Of a DNA stretch of 64,000 nucleotides, positions 54,722 through 64,000 are shown in pieces (position 1 is the stretch's first letter; every line of letters begins with the position of its first letter). This stretch comes from Candidatus Saccharimonadales bacterium (GTDB lineage Bacteria > Patescibacteriota > Saccharimonadia > Saccharimonadales > UBA4665), in assembly GCA_038207115.1 (NCBI GenBank), contig JBBRAC010000002.1:57819-121818 (forward strand), given 5' to 3'. The notes under the pieces were generated by a model. The model made no database searches. It worked only from the letters and a program-made list of their open reading frames with translations, and had not been told where the DNA came from. A program made the position numbers and the translations under genes.

Positions 54722-55666
54722 TTGAATATTCTTGTTCTATCTCGGCGAGACGATCGGGAAAGTTACGATACCCAGGCGAGTATGCTCAGGGGTCTTAGAG
54801 CCACGGCCAGTGATGCGACGTATGCGGGTGCAGATTTTGAAAATCTAATATTCTGCTTTGACGGGACCAAGCTATCGGTAACTGATAGCGCGTCCGGAGT
54901 AGATGTTGCAGACCACGATGCCATTATGCTAATAGGCTGGTTTAAGAGTAAAATGCTGGACGATACTGCACGGGCGGTGGCCCATTATGCCCATTCTAAA
55001 GGGGTACCTTTCGTAAACAGTGAAGCGTACCATGGCCGATCGTTTACAAAACTAAGCCAGTGTGTGATTGCTGCTCTGAACGGTGTCAACGTAACGCCTT
55101 TTCTGTTCGCTATAGATAAGCAAGTGCTTTTGAGGGCAGTCGCCAGCTCTCGTCCTACTTTCCCGCGCATTCTGAAGGCGGTGGCCGCTAGCAGAGGGCA
55201 GGACAACTATCTGGTTCACTCCTATGATGAAATCGCAGCGCTGTTAGCCGAGGCATCCGATCCCCCCAAAAACTTCATTCTTCAGGAATTCGTACCAAAT
55301 GAAGGCGACTTTCGGCTGATCGTGATGGGTGGTACGGTACGCCTGGCCATACACCGCAAAGCACCGCTAGATAGCCATCTCAATAACACCTCTCAGGGGG
55401 GCGTTGCTAGATTGGTAGAGCCAGCTGAACTGCCAGAAAAGGTGATTGCCGACTCGATACTGCTTGCAAAGCTGTTGCGGCGAGAAGTGACAGGGGTAGA
55501 TATGATACAGCACCGCGATACTGGTCAGTATTACTTTTTGGAGGCAAATAACATGCCCCAGCTATCTACCGGTAGCTTTGTACCAGAGAAAATGAAAATA
55601 GTAGCTGGTTACCTGGCGGAGCTAGCAGAGAAAACGACTACTGTAGATATTGACCAAACAGATTAA
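54722..55666 (+). CDS. RimK-like ATP-grasp ligase
   Basis: Sequence: FILQEFVPNEGDFRLIVMGG...NTSQGGVA...TGVDMIQHRDTGQYYFLEANNMPQL. TTG start (LNILVLSRR). Confidence 0.7.
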   Translation: MNILVLSRRDDRESYDTQASMLRGLRATASDATYAGADFENLIFCFDGTKLSVTDSASGVDVADHDAIMLIGWFKSKMLDDTARAVAHYAHSKGVPFVNSEAYHGRSFTKLSQCVIAALNGVNVTPFLFAIDKQVLLRAVASSRPTFPRILKAVAASRGQDNYLVHSYDEIAALLAEASDPPKNFILQEFVPNEGDFRLIVMGGTVRLAIHRKAPLDSHLNNTSQGGVARLVEPAELPEKVIADSILLAKLLRREVTGVDMIQHRDTGQYYFLEANNMPQLSTGSFVPEKMKIVAGYLAELAEKTTTVDIDQTD

Positions 55667-55758
55667 ATATGTTACTATCGAGTAGTTAAAGTTCCGGTAT
55701 ATGCACGTTTCGTATTGAATTAGTTGCTGAAAGGCAAAGAGTAAGGTTAGATGTAGAC

Positions 55759-57078
55759 ATGTCACGATTTCAAGACGCACAGGAACGAGATATGATCCTA
55801 TTTGTAGGGTCTTATCTGGGTGCCCAACAGACTGCATTGACGAAGTTAAGCAAACGTCTTGGCCGACAGCTTACGGCCTGTGTACTCCTGGATGATGCTG
55901 ATATGGCTGCTCGTAAACGTTACGAGAAGCAACCGAAAGCAGTCATAATCTTGTGCGATTTCTCGAAGGACACTTATATCCAAAAAGCACTGCTACCATA
56001 CAAACACCGTTTTCTAGCCCTAACCTGCCGTGCCGAAAAGAACATACCATTACTGCGTAAGGTGGTACCACACGTTCCATATTTGAACACCCCAACCGAA
56101 AAATCGTTAGACTGGACGACAGACAAGATTAAAATGCGCCAAATGCTACGGGCCTATGATCGGAGTATCGCGCCTAAATTCGTCGTTGCTCACGATGCCG
56201 CTAAAGAGACACTAGATAAAATTGAAAAGGCTGTTGGTTTTCCGCTAATAATCAAACCGGCAGGACTGGCGGCCAGTTTGCTCGTGACCCTGTGTTTCCA
56301 CCGTGAAGAGTTGGAAGCAAATCTCGCTAAGACTGTTAAGAAAATTGATCAGATTTATAAGAAAAAGAGCGGGCGTGGTGAACCTCAAATATTAATCGAA
56401 GAGTTTATGGAAGGCACAATGTACTCCATAGATTCATACGTAAATCAGCGCGGAGTGGTCTATCACATGCCTCTTGTTCACGTTCGCACGGGACGATCAG
56501 TGGGCTTCGAGGACTTTTTCGGCTACATGCGTATTACGCCTGTTGGCCTCAAGCCGCATAAAATCGAAGCCGCCAAACGAGTGGCCGAAAAAGCAATCGA
56601 AGCGTTGAATATGCGCAGCACGAACTGCCATATTGAACTTATGAAAACAGAGGATGGCTGGAAGGTAATTGAACTTGGGCCACGCATAGGTGGTTTCCGA
56701 CATGAAATGTACGAACTCTCGTATGGCATGGATCACTCCATGAATGACATACTCATCCGCATCCCCCAGAAGCCTGTCCTGACTAAAAAAGTCAAAGGCT
56801 ACACCGTAGTTATGCAGTTTTATGCCCGCCAAAAGGGCCGACTGGTGAGTCTGGAAGGTATAAATAAAATCCGCAAGCTGGAATCTTTTTCGCGGATTGA
56901 GATTAAGAAAAAAATCGGTGATATGTGTGACTTTGCCCGCAATGGCGATGATCCTGTCTTTGATATAGTGTTGTTTAATAAAAACCGCTCAAGACTACTG
57001 GCAGATATTCGTCGGCTGGAACTCGCCGTAGCCATAAAAGTTAAAAAAACGGGTACTCAGACTGTTGTTTCAAAATAG
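55759..57078 (+). CDS. ATP-grasp domain protein (carboxylate-amine ligase-like)
   Basis: Sequence: GFPLIIKPAGLAASLLV...ILIEEFMEGTMYSIDSYV...HIELMKTEDGWKVIELGPRIGG. Confidence 0.7.
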   Translation: MSRFQDAQERDMILFVGSYLGAQQTALTKLSKRLGRQLTACVLLDDADMAARKRYEKQPKAVIILCDFSKDTYIQKALLPYKHRFLALTCRAEKNIPLLRKVVPHVPYLNTPTEKSLDWTTDKIKMRQMLRAYDRSIAPKFVVAHDAAKETLDKIEKAVGFPLIIKPAGLAASLLVTLCFHREELEANLAKTVKKIDQIYKKKSGRGEPQILIEEFMEGTMYSIDSYVNQRGVVYHMPLVHVRTGRSVGFEDFFGYMRITPVGLKPHKIEAAKRVAEKAIEALNMRSTNCHIELMKTEDGWKVIELGPRIGGFRHEMYELSYGMDHSMNDILIRIPQKPVLTKKVKGYTVVMQFYARQKGRLVSLEGINKIRKLESFSRIEIKKKIGDMCDFARNGDDPVFDIVLFNKNRSRLLADIRRLELAVAIKVKKTGTQTVVSK

Positions 57079-57148
57079 AGCAGCTGTAGGGTACTGCAGC
57101 CTCTGCTGCCATGAGACCTTACTAAGACGCTTGTGGTAAAATCGGGGT

Positions 57149-57649
57149 ATGACATATCTTGCTATTTTGGCGGCACTGGCGCTTGTGCCGGTGTTGCTTA
57201 TAGTGCTGCTGCGCGTCAACGGCGCGATTGCGTTTATGAGTCTGTGCCTCGGCAGCGTGCTGCAAACCTATGTGGCGGCCGATGTAACTGATTTGGTTGG
57301 CAGCTTGGCCAAAAAAGGCAGCTTTAGTATTGGTTCATGGGTGCAGCTGGGGCTGCTGGTAGTGCCGTTTTTGCTTACGGTGCTATTTACGCGCGGCGGC
57401 GTGAACGGTAGCAAAAAGTTTACGAACTTTTTGCCGGCACTGGCCACCGGCCTGCTCACAGCGCTTTTGGTAGTTCCGTTGCTGCCGGCCAATTGGCAAC
57501 GAAACATCCACGCCCTATCGGTTTGGCATCAGCTTAGCAATTTGCAGACTTCGGTCATCATCGGGGGAGCGGTGTTTAGCCTGCTGTTTTTGCTTTTTAC
57601 CCACCGCACCAGGCACGGTGGCGATGAAAAAAAGCACGGCAAACACTAA
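57149..57649 (+). CDS. integral membrane protein
   Basis: 166 aa with about 5 hydrophobic segments. No family assigned. Confidence 0.5.
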   Translation: MTYLAILAALALVPVLLIVLLRVNGAIAFMSLCLGSVLQTYVAADVTDLVGSLAKKGSFSIGSWVQLGLLVVPFLLTVLFTRGGVNGSKKFTNFLPALATGLLTALLVVPLLPANWQRNIHALSVWHQLSNLQTSVIIGGAVFSLLFLLFTHRTRHGGDEKKHGKH

Positions 57650-57837
57650 ACGACGTCTCGGTAGCGGTTGGTCGATATGCGATGAATGTTTGAACCTGAC
57701 ATGAAGTTTGCGGGTACTTCCGATATGCTGCGCTCCCTTGCATGAGCCGCGGCAGAAGTGTTGTACGCAGCTCAACAGTTGTATTAAAAACAAACGGCGC
57801 TTAAACTGGCAATGTTCTTGCTACTATAGGTGTACCT

Positions 57838-58926
57838 ATGAAGAATATAAGTTCAGCACACACACGCCGGCATACTCTTGACCAAGAAGTAGTAAAGCAG
57901 CGGGTAAACCAGTTTCTGGATGATTTCTATGCTGCCCGCGTTGTGCGCAGCGACCTGCTCGATGCGCACTACGGTGATTTGTGGCGAGCGGTGCAAAGCC
58001 TGGGTCTGGCTGGCGGCAAACGCTACCGTTCGTATCTTTTGCTGCTGGCTTATGACACCTACGGCGGGTTAGAGTATGAAGCCGTGCTGCCCTGTGCTGC
58101 CGCGCAGGAGCTACTGCACCTGAGCTTGCTGATTCACGACGATATCATCGACAAAGACCTGATACGCTACGGCCAAGACAATGTCGCTGGACTCATGAAA
58201 AAGACCTATCTAAGCCTTGGGGCGGGGGACCAGGCCAACCACCTAGCGGCCAGTGCGGCGTTGCTGGCGGGAGATTTACTGCTGTCGAGCGCCTACGAAA
58301 TTATTGCGGCGAGCAACCTGAGTGACCGTCAGAAAAACCAGGCAACGCTACAGCTAAGCGAATCGATGTTTTTTGTGGCCGGTGGTGAGCTGCTGGATAC
58401 CGAATCGGGCGTGCGGGGAGTTGCCAGCCTACCGCTCAAAATTGCCGACTACAAAACAGCCCGCTACTCGTTTGTTACGCCGCTGCTTACCGGCGCACTG
58501 CTAGCGGACGCGCCTGCCCAAGAGTTTCGGACGCTCGAAGATTTTGGAGTGGCACTGGGAATTGCCTATCAGCTGAGAGATGATTATTTGGGCATGTACG
58601 GCGACGAGGCCGTTACGGGCAAATCGACGCTGGGTGACATACGCGAAGGTAAACGGACATATTTAGTACAGCAAGCCTTGGGGCGAGCCAGTGCCGCCGA
58701 GCGTAAGCTGCTGGGTGCGCTCCTGGGCAAAGCAGATGTGAGCCGGGCGGAGGCGGATACGGTTAGGCAGATAGTGGAGCGGTGCGGTGCAAAGTCGGTT
58801 GCGCTCGAAAAAATTGCCGGTTATGCGGCAGTTGCCAGTCAAGCGCTCCAGCGTCTGCAGATTGGAGCCGATGCAAGAAAATCGTTCGAACGGGTGATGC
58901 TCCAAGCCACGGAACGGACGAAATGA
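57838..58926 (+). CDS. crtE: polyprenyl (geranylgeranyl) diphosphate synthase
   Basis: First Asp-rich motif LIHDDIID and second Asp-rich motif RDDYLGMYGD. Confidence 0.85.
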   Translation: MKNISSAHTRRHTLDQEVVKQRVNQFLDDFYAARVVRSDLLDAHYGDLWRAVQSLGLAGGKRYRSYLLLLAYDTYGGLEYEAVLPCAAAQELLHLSLLIHDDIIDKDLIRYGQDNVAGLMKKTYLSLGAGDQANHLAASAALLAGDLLLSSAYEIIAASNLSDRQKNQATLQLSESMFFVAGGELLDTESGVRGVASLPLKIADYKTARYSFVTPLLTGALLADAPAQEFRTLEDFGVALGIAYQLRDDYLGMYGDEAVTGKSTLGDIREGKRTYLVQQALGRASAAERKLLGALLGKADVSRAEADTVRQIVERCGAKSVALEKIAGYAAVASQALQRLQIGADARKSFERVMLQATERTK

Positions 58927-59726
58927 CGGACCGCTACCTGGATACATCGCGTGCTGCAAGCCGATTGTTTATGAATTCCTACTCCAGTTCGTTTGGTATA
59001 GCGAGCCGTCTGTTCGCCAAACCGGTGCGTCTGCACATGTACAATGTGTACGGCCTAACGCGCCTAGCCGATGAAATTGTCGACACCTACCGCGGTGCAC
59101 ACGCCGAGCAGCTCTTGGATGAGCTAGAGGCCGAGACGCACCGGGCGCTCGAGCGAGGCTATAGCGCGAATCCTATTGTCCACGCTTTTCAAGACACCGC
59201 CCGAACCTTTGGCTTTGAGCGCGAACTACTGCAGGCGTTTTTTTCGAGTATGCGAACCGACCTCCGCCAGCACACCTTTACCAAGGCCGAATACCGGGTC
59301 TACATCCACGGTTCCGCAGAGGTAGTTGGTCTGATGTGCCTACACGTATTTTGCGCCAGTGATCAGGCGCAGTACCGGGAACTGCAAGCCGGCGCTTCGC
59401 GGCTGGGTGCGGCCTATCAAAAAGTGAATTTCCTGCGTGATATTGCCACCGACTACCGTGAGCTGGGCCGCATGTATTTTCCGGGGATCGATTTCGATAC
59501 TATGACCGAAGCTGACAAGGCGGCGATTGTTACTGACATAGAGGCAGATTTTGCCATTGCCGAGCCGGCTCTGCAGCGTTTGCCACCAAGTGCTCAACGA
59601 GCAGTTCGGGCTAGCTATCGCTACTACTCTGCGCTGTTGGCCAAGCTTAAAGCGACCCCCATTGAACAGATAAAAACGCATCGCATACGTATAAGCAATG
59701 TGCGTAAGCTTAGGCTACTGGTGTGA
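58923..59726 (+). CDS. crtB: phytoene synthase
   Basis: Sequence: SSSFGIASRLF...YNVYGLTRLADEIVD...YQKVNFLRDI. ATG 58923 overlaps the crtE stop (ATGA). Confidence 0.85.
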   Translation: MTDRYLDTSRAASRLFMNSYSSSFGIASRLFAKPVRLHMYNVYGLTRLADEIVDTYRGAHAEQLLDELEAETHRALERGYSANPIVHAFQDTARTFGFERELLQAFFSSMRTDLRQHTFTKAEYRVYIHGSAEVVGLMCLHVFCASDQAQYRELQAGASRLGAAYQKVNFLRDIATDYRELGRMYFPGIDFDTMTEADKAAIVTDIEADFAIAEPALQRLPPSAQRAVRASYRYYSALLAKLKATPIEQIKTHRIRISNVRKLRLLV

Positions 59727-61231
59727 AGAGCGCGATAATTATCGGCGCCGGTATAGGCGGTTTGGCACTGGCTAATCTGCTGGCCAAAGCCGGGCTGCAG
59801 GTGACGGTGTACGAAAAAAACGATCAGCCTGGAGGCCGAGCGGGCCGGTTGGATCTCGACGGCTTTCGGTTTGATACTGGTCCTTCGTGGTATCTCATGC
59901 CAGAAGTTTTTGAGCACTACTACCATCTGCTCGGGCAGGACATTACCCGACAACTGAATTTGGTCCGGCTAAATCCGGGCTACAGGGTAAGTTTCCAGGA
60001 TGGCACTAAACTAACCGTACAGGGAGACAAAGCCGCCGATAGACAGATGTTTGAATCGCTCGAACCGGGCAGTGGCCCTTCGCTTGATGCCTATTTGAAG
60101 CAGGCGGCCCAAACCTACAGCCTTGCCCAAAAATACTTTTTGTATAACAACTTTGAATCGGTTCGTAGCGTGCTGCACGCCGAGGTTTTGGGCCATGCTA
60201 AGAGCATGGCGTCGCTCGGGTTTAGAAGTATACACGGCAATGCAGCGAAACAGTTTGCCAACCACAAATTGCAGCAGGTGCTCGAGTACCCCGCCGTGTT
60301 TTTGGGGGCATCGCCGTTCAACACGCCCGCTATATATTCTCTGATGAGCCATTTGGATTTTACGCAGGGCGTGTTTTACCCACAGGGTGGCCTGTACGAA
60401 ATTATTGCGTCGCTCGACAGCACAGGCAAAGCACTAGGCGTGCAGTACCACTACAATGCACCGGTGCGCGCTATAACCACAAAAAACGGCCGGGCAATTG
60501 GAGTTGAGCTGGATGGTAGGAGGGCCACGGCCGACATAGTGATTTCTAACGCCGACCTGCACTTTACCGAAACACAGCTATTGCCCCCTGCTTGCCAGAC
60601 CTACCCGGAGAAATACTGGCGGAAGCGCACGGCCGGGCCATCGGCCGTTTTGCTGTATTTGGGTGTACGGGGTAGGCTGGATAATCTGCAGCATCACAAT
60701 CTGTTTTTTGCTAAAGATTGGCAGGCCGGATTTGCTGATATCTTTGAACGCAAACGCTGGCCCGAGCCTGCTTCGATGTACGTCTGCGCAGCGAGCAAAA
60801 CAGATCCAAACGTTGCGCCTACGGGTTGCGAGAACCTGTTTGTACTAGTCCCCGGGCCGGCCGTAGCTACCCTTTCCTCTTCTGAGTTAGAGCGGCTGGC
60901 CGATAGCTACATTGCCCAGCTGGCAGTTGAAATAGCTGTGCCTGATTTAGCGGAACGCATTATGGTAAAGCGCGTCTTCGGCCCGGCAGATTTTAGCGAG
61001 CGGTTTAACGCCTGGGAAGGCACGGCCCTGGGGCTGGCACACACCCTGAAACAAAGCGCCATGTTCCGGCCTCGAAACAAAAGCCGCAAGGTCGAGCAGC
61101 TATATTATGTGGGTTCTAGCACCGTGCCCGGCATTGGTCTGCCAATGTGCCTCATAAGCGCCGAGCTTGTTTACAAACGGATCATCGGTGATAAGTCGAG
61201 TGGGCCGTTGCAAGGAATTGCCAAGCTATGA
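59723..61231 (+). CDS. crtI: phytoene desaturase
   Basis: FAD fold IIIGAGIGGLALANLLAKAGLQVTVYEKNDQPGGRAG. C-terminal sequence YYVGSSTVPGIGLPM. GTG start overlaps the crtB stop. Confidence 0.85.
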   Translation: MKSAIIIGAGIGGLALANLLAKAGLQVTVYEKNDQPGGRAGRLDLDGFRFDTGPSWYLMPEVFEHYYHLLGQDITRQLNLVRLNPGYRVSFQDGTKLTVQGDKAADRQMFESLEPGSGPSLDAYLKQAAQTYSLAQKYFLYNNFESVRSVLHAEVLGHAKSMASLGFRSIHGNAAKQFANHKLQQVLEYPAVFLGASPFNTPAIYSLMSHLDFTQGVFYPQGGLYEIIASLDSTGKALGVQYHYNAPVRAITTKNGRAIGVELDGRRATADIVISNADLHFTETQLLPPACQTYPEKYWRKRTAGPSAVLLYLGVRGRLDNLQHHNLFFAKDWQAGFADIFERKRWPEPASMYVCAASKTDPNVAPTGCENLFVLVPGPAVATLSSSELERLADSYIAQLAVEIAVPDLAERIMVKRVFGPADFSERFNAWEGTALGLAHTLKQSAMFRPRNKSRKVEQLYYVGSSTVPGIGLPMCLISAELVYKRIIGDKSSGPLQGIAKL

Positions 61232-61545
61232 GCCACTACACCTACCTCTGTAGCTTGCTAGCGGTCATCGGGCTGCTGGTGATTACGGACGGCCGCTATA
61301 AGCTGGCCTTCTTCGCTAACTGGCGGCAGACGGCCAAGGTGCTGGGTACGGCGATGCTTTTTTTCCTAGCATGGGATAGCCTGGGTGTTCGGCTCAAGAT
61401 TTTTTATCCCGACAACTCTGCCTATGCGCTGCACGTTATGGTTTTGCCCGGCGTGCCGGTGGAAGAAGGGCTGTTTCTGTTTTTGTTTACCTACCTAACG
61501 CTGCTACTTTGGAGGGGTTGTGTACACCTACGTCTTGCTCAATAG
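61228..61545 (+). CDS. lycopene cyclase-domain small subunit (CrtYe/CrtYc-like)
   Basis: 105-aa 3-TM protein. Overlaps the crtI stop (ATGA). Paired with a second small subunit. Confidence 0.65.
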   Translation: MSHYTYLCSLLAVIGLLVITDGRYKLAFFANWRQTAKVLGTAMLFFLAWDSLGVRLKIFYPDNSAYALHVMVLPGVPVEEGLFLFLFTYLTLLLWRGCVHLRLAQ

Positions 61546-61810
61546 CGCGGTGCTAGCATCCGTGGCGCTGCTCGTCTGGCGCAGCCGTGCTGGGTTGCCC
61601 TGGAAACAGTTAGGAATAGTGCTGTGCGTGGTCGCGGTAATGACTGCGGCGTTCGACTCACTACTCATTTACGAACACGTCTTTGCCTACAATAGCTTGA
61701 AAATTCTGGGACTGTACATTGGCAAAGCGCCGCTGGAAGATTTTGCCTATACTATCGCTGCAGTGGTACTAATACCCTACTTGTGGAGCCGATATGCTAA
61801 CAAAGATTAA
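61520..61810 (+). CDS. lycopene cyclase-domain small subunit (CrtYf/CrtYd-like)
   Basis: 96-aa 3-TM protein. GTG start preceded by GGAGGGG. Contains PLEDF, typical of the heterodimeric cyclase family. Confidence 0.65.
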   Translation: MYTYVLLNSAVLASVALLVWRSRAGLPWKQLGIVLCVVAVMTAAFDSLLIYEHVFAYNSLKILGLYIGKAPLEDFAYTIAAVVLIPYLWSRYANKD

Positions 61811-62654
61811 CCAACTATTCATAACTTCGCGCCCAGTGTCGTGGGTCAATACGGCCTATCCGTTTGCGGCCGGTTACTTTATGACCACGCGTAGTGTTGA
61901 TGCGACGTTGGTTGTTGGCACGCTGTTTTTCCTGATTCCCTATAATCTGCTAATGTATGGCGTTAATGATGTGTTTGATTACGAGTCGGACATTCTGAAT
62001 CCGCGCAAGGGCGGTGTAGAGGGAGCTAAGCTGGCCAAATCGACTCACCGCTTTATTTTGCTGAGTGCGTTTGGTCTGGCAGTGCCGTTTATCGTCTTTT
62101 TGCTGTTGCGGAGCACCCCTACTGGTAAGTTAGTGCTACTGGCAGCTACTTTTACTGTGCTGGCCTACAGCCTGCCTCGGCTGCGGTTTAAGGAGCGGCC
62201 ATTTATCGATTCCATGACATCCAGCAGCCACTTTGTAGGCCCGCTGGTTTATGCCCTGACCTTTAGTGTTTACCACCCCAGGTATGGCGTAATTGTGCTC
62301 GCATTCTTCCTGTGGGGAATGGCTAGTCATGCTTTCGGCGCTGTGCAAGATATTGTGGCGGACAGGCAAGCCGGGATTGGGTCAATCGCTACCGTTATTG
62401 GTGCTAAACAAACCGTTCGTTTTGCCGTTGGGCTGTATGTGGCAGCGGCTGTCCTGCTAGCTACACTGGGAAGCATTGGGGCAGCTGTGGGCCTACTGAA
62501 TGTGCTGTACATAGCGAATAGTTGGCCCTATCTATCGGTATCAGAAGCAGCCGCCGAATCAACGAACCATGCCTGGAAGCGCTTCATATGGCTAAACCAG
62601 CTGGCCGGCTTCGTAGTAACCATCACGCTCATTTATCTCTTCCGCTTCCACTAG
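61794..62654 (+). CDS. UbiA-family prenyltransferase, lycopene elongase (CrtEb)-like
   Basis: Asp-rich motifs GVNDVFDYESD and QDIVADRQAG. Polytopic. Immediately downstream of the cyclase pair. Confidence 0.7.
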   Translation: MLTKINQLFITSRPVSWVNTAYPFAAGYFMTTRSVDATLVVGTLFFLIPYNLLMYGVNDVFDYESDILNPRKGGVEGAKLAKSTHRFILLSAFGLAVPFIVFLLLRSTPTGKLVLLAATFTVLAYSLPRLRFKERPFIDSMTSSSHFVGPLVYALTFSVYHPRYGVIVLAFFLWGMASHAFGAVQDIVADRQAGIGSIATVIGAKQTVRFAVGLYVAAAVLLATLGSIGAAVGLLNVLYIANSWPYLSVSEAAAESTNHAWKRFIWLNQLAGFVVTITLIYLFRFH

Positions 62655-62752
62655 AGCCGGCTCTACCTTGGCAAGCGGGCCACCCCAGGCAATTGGAGTT
62701 AATCCATTGCAACCAGGGCAGCCCGTGTGCAGTAAAGCTTCGGTAGCGAAAT

Positions 62753-63550
62753 TTAGTGGCTTGAGCCGCTACCAGATTTGCCGCTGGAATTGCCACCGTG
62801 CGAGGAGTCATCGACAACCGCAGAGTTATGAGTCTCGGTCTGGGTCGTGGGGGTAGTAGAGCTGTTAGTATTACTGCCAGAGTCGTGACTGCCAGAACCA
62901 GAATTGTCCGAATTCGAAGACGAATTTGAGCTGTCGTCAGATTGCTTCGAGGAAGTTGAAGGACTATCTTTAGATGACTGGTTTCTGACGACACTGCCGT
63001 CAACGGCGTTGATAGCTACGCGTGCGCCATCGGTAAACCGTACGCTAAATACTAAACTTCCTTCTTCGTTCTCTAGCTCAATTTTTTGGACAGTACCAGG
63101 ATGAGCCGCTAGTGCGAGAGCACGTGCTTTGGCAAAATCAATGGTTGCTGTTTGGTTGGCTGGTAAGGTTGCTGCACCATCTAGTTCGGTGTCATCAGCA
63201 GCGGTAACTGCCGCTCCGGTTTGAGCATTAAAAGACAAGGTACTGCCGTCCGAAAGCTTTACTTTGTATACTAAAACGCCGTCTTCGCTCTCGAGTTGCA
63301 CACCGAGAACGGTTGTACCAGGTTTTTGGGCCAGCGCTAGTTCCTTAACCTTGTCGGTGCTTAGAAGGTCGGCAGGGAGGGGTGCAGCTAGCGTCGACCT
63401 AGACGATACCAGTGATGTGCTGTTTTTTACGCTGCTGCTTTTGGGCTGTTTGGTAGACACGTAGTAACCGGAAACGCCAATCAGCGCCGCTACTACAACT
63501 GCCAGAACTGCTATATGTGCTATACCTTGCTCGTTTTTTGCTAGATTCAT
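62753..63550 (-). CDS. secreted/anchored protein with two PepSY domains and a Ser-rich tail
   Basis: N-terminal TM. Repeats: ...GTTVLGVQLESEDGVLVYKVKLSDGSTLSFNAQTG and ...PGTVQKIELENEEGSLVFSVRFTDGARVAINAVDGSV. Confidence 0.65.
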   Translation of the reverse strand: MNLAKNEQGIAHIAVLAVVVAALIGVSGYYVSTKQPKSSSVKNSTSLVSSRSTLAAPLPADLLSTDKVKELALAQKPGTTVLGVQLESEDGVLVYKVKLSDGSTLSFNAQTGAAVTAADDTELDGAATLPANQTATIDFAKARALALAAHPGTVQKIELENEEGSLVFSVRFTDGARVAINAVDGSVVRNQSSKDSPSTSSKQSDDSSNSSSNSDNSGSGSHDSGSNTNSSTTPTTQTETHNSAVVDDSSHGGNSSGKSGSGSSH

Positions 63551-63616
63551 ATGATTGATTCCTTATCTAATATATTAAAAACTTTTTACGGATGCCTTGT
63601 GGCCTAATGATAACGG

Positions 63617-64000
63617 TTACTGAGCGACAATTTTGCCAGTTTCACCAGGGCTCAGGTGGTTGTGTATGCCCCACGTACCCGCTTTGGTAACGGTAAATGT
63701 CTTACTTTCGCCCGACTTCACCACACCAACATTTAGTTCTGGCTCATCGGTGTGGGCGGGATGTGGGTCAGAGTCCATCTGCATAGCTTCGGAATCGGCA
63801 TTTTTGATGGTAACCGTGCTACCTACCTTTACATTTGTAACGGCTGGCTGAAAGCCAGTGCTCATGTACGTTATAGTTGCTGCACTAGCAGCTGAAGGGG
63901 TTTTTACTGGTGCCGCACTAGTCGTGCTGCTGGTTGCGGTCGTTTGGTTGGAGTCGGTAATGGTAGACTTTTTGTTCAAAGCTAAAGCGCCACCGAGGGT
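63617..64000 (-). CDS. cupredoxin-fold-like secreted protein (5' end beyond the window)
   Basis: Sequence: FQPAVTNVKVGSTVTIKNADSEAMQMDSD...TFTVTKAGTWGIHNHLSPGETGKIV. The frame stays open to the window edge. No Cys copper ligand is visible. Confidence 0.4.
   Translation of the reverse strand, partial: TLGGALALNKKSTITDSNQTTATSSTTSAAPVKTPSAASAATITYMSTGFQPAVTNVKVGSTVTIKNADSEAMQMDSDPHPAHTDEPELNVGVVKSGESKTFTVTKAGTWGIHNHLSPGETGKIVAQ

Noticed and set aside
54672-54725. 17-codon ORF (MVWYDANDKRKKGMVTI) overlapping the RimK-like start, as a RiPP precursor
   Set aside because: It is too short to hold a leader plus core, it lacks repeated Thr/Ser/Asp/Glu/Lys core motifs, and its only support is position. 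It is mentioned only for completeness.
58782-58922. Upstream extension of crtB (ORF-track start 58782)
   Set aside because: The extension lies entirely within crtE in another frame and is Cys/Arg-rich. ATG 58923, with its ATGA overlap, gives the family-typical N-terminus.

Overview
A 64-kb bacterial chromosomal window with three visibly different compositions. GC spot counts on single 60-nt lines are 22/60 at 4201-4260, 38/60 at 14521-14580, 28/60 at 24301-24360, 34/60 at 39001-39060 and 38/60 at 42301-42360. (1) 1-17.2 kb is an AT-rich accessory region. It opens with the 3' part of a DISARM class-2-like defence locus: a helicase C-terminus, a DUF1998 protein and a convergent C5-cytosine methyltransferase. 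About 13 kb of small gene modules follow: three NUDIX hydrolases, two P-loop kinases, DUF1846, a flavodoxin-like reductase, DUF1801, a GC-rich GT4 glycosyltransferase, YefM-YoeB and RelB/DinJ-RelE/YafQ toxin-antitoxin pairs, and decayed HD and MFS genes. These modules are separated by at least 10 same-orientation copies of a conserved ~38-nt box, usually followed by a terminator hairpin and an extended -10 promoter placed 6-7 nt before the next ATG. I regard this array as the most novel-looking structure in the window. (2) 17.2-38.5 kb and 47.7-64 kb look like core genome at roughly 50% GC. They carry a CHAP amidase, MarR, MscS, two tRNA-Arg genes, a GT2 synthase/HlyD-like/GH81 operon, a split PpsA/RPH-like dikinase, def, uvrC, a CBS-less IMPDH, trhO and an ABC exporter. 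They also carry an IS30 element next to a disrupted metzincin gene, two ATP-grasp ligases, a crtE-B-I-Ye-Yf-Eb (C50-type) carotenoid cluster, and PepSY and cupredoxin-like proteins. (3) 38.5-47.6 kb is a GC-rich island encoding a Gram-positive/actinobacterial-type T4SS core. Its parts are a ParA-like ATPase, a VirB2/PrgI-like protein, a VirB6-like protein, an apparently split VirB4, a VirB8/TcpC-like protein and a three-domain cell-wall hydrolase. No relaxase, coupling protein or integrase is visible. No rRNA genes and no CRISPR array were seen. The taxon cannot be fixed from this window. The gene content and the many leaderless promoters fit a small-genome monoderm lineage (Saccharibacteria/CPR-like or Actinobacteria-related), but that is a guess.
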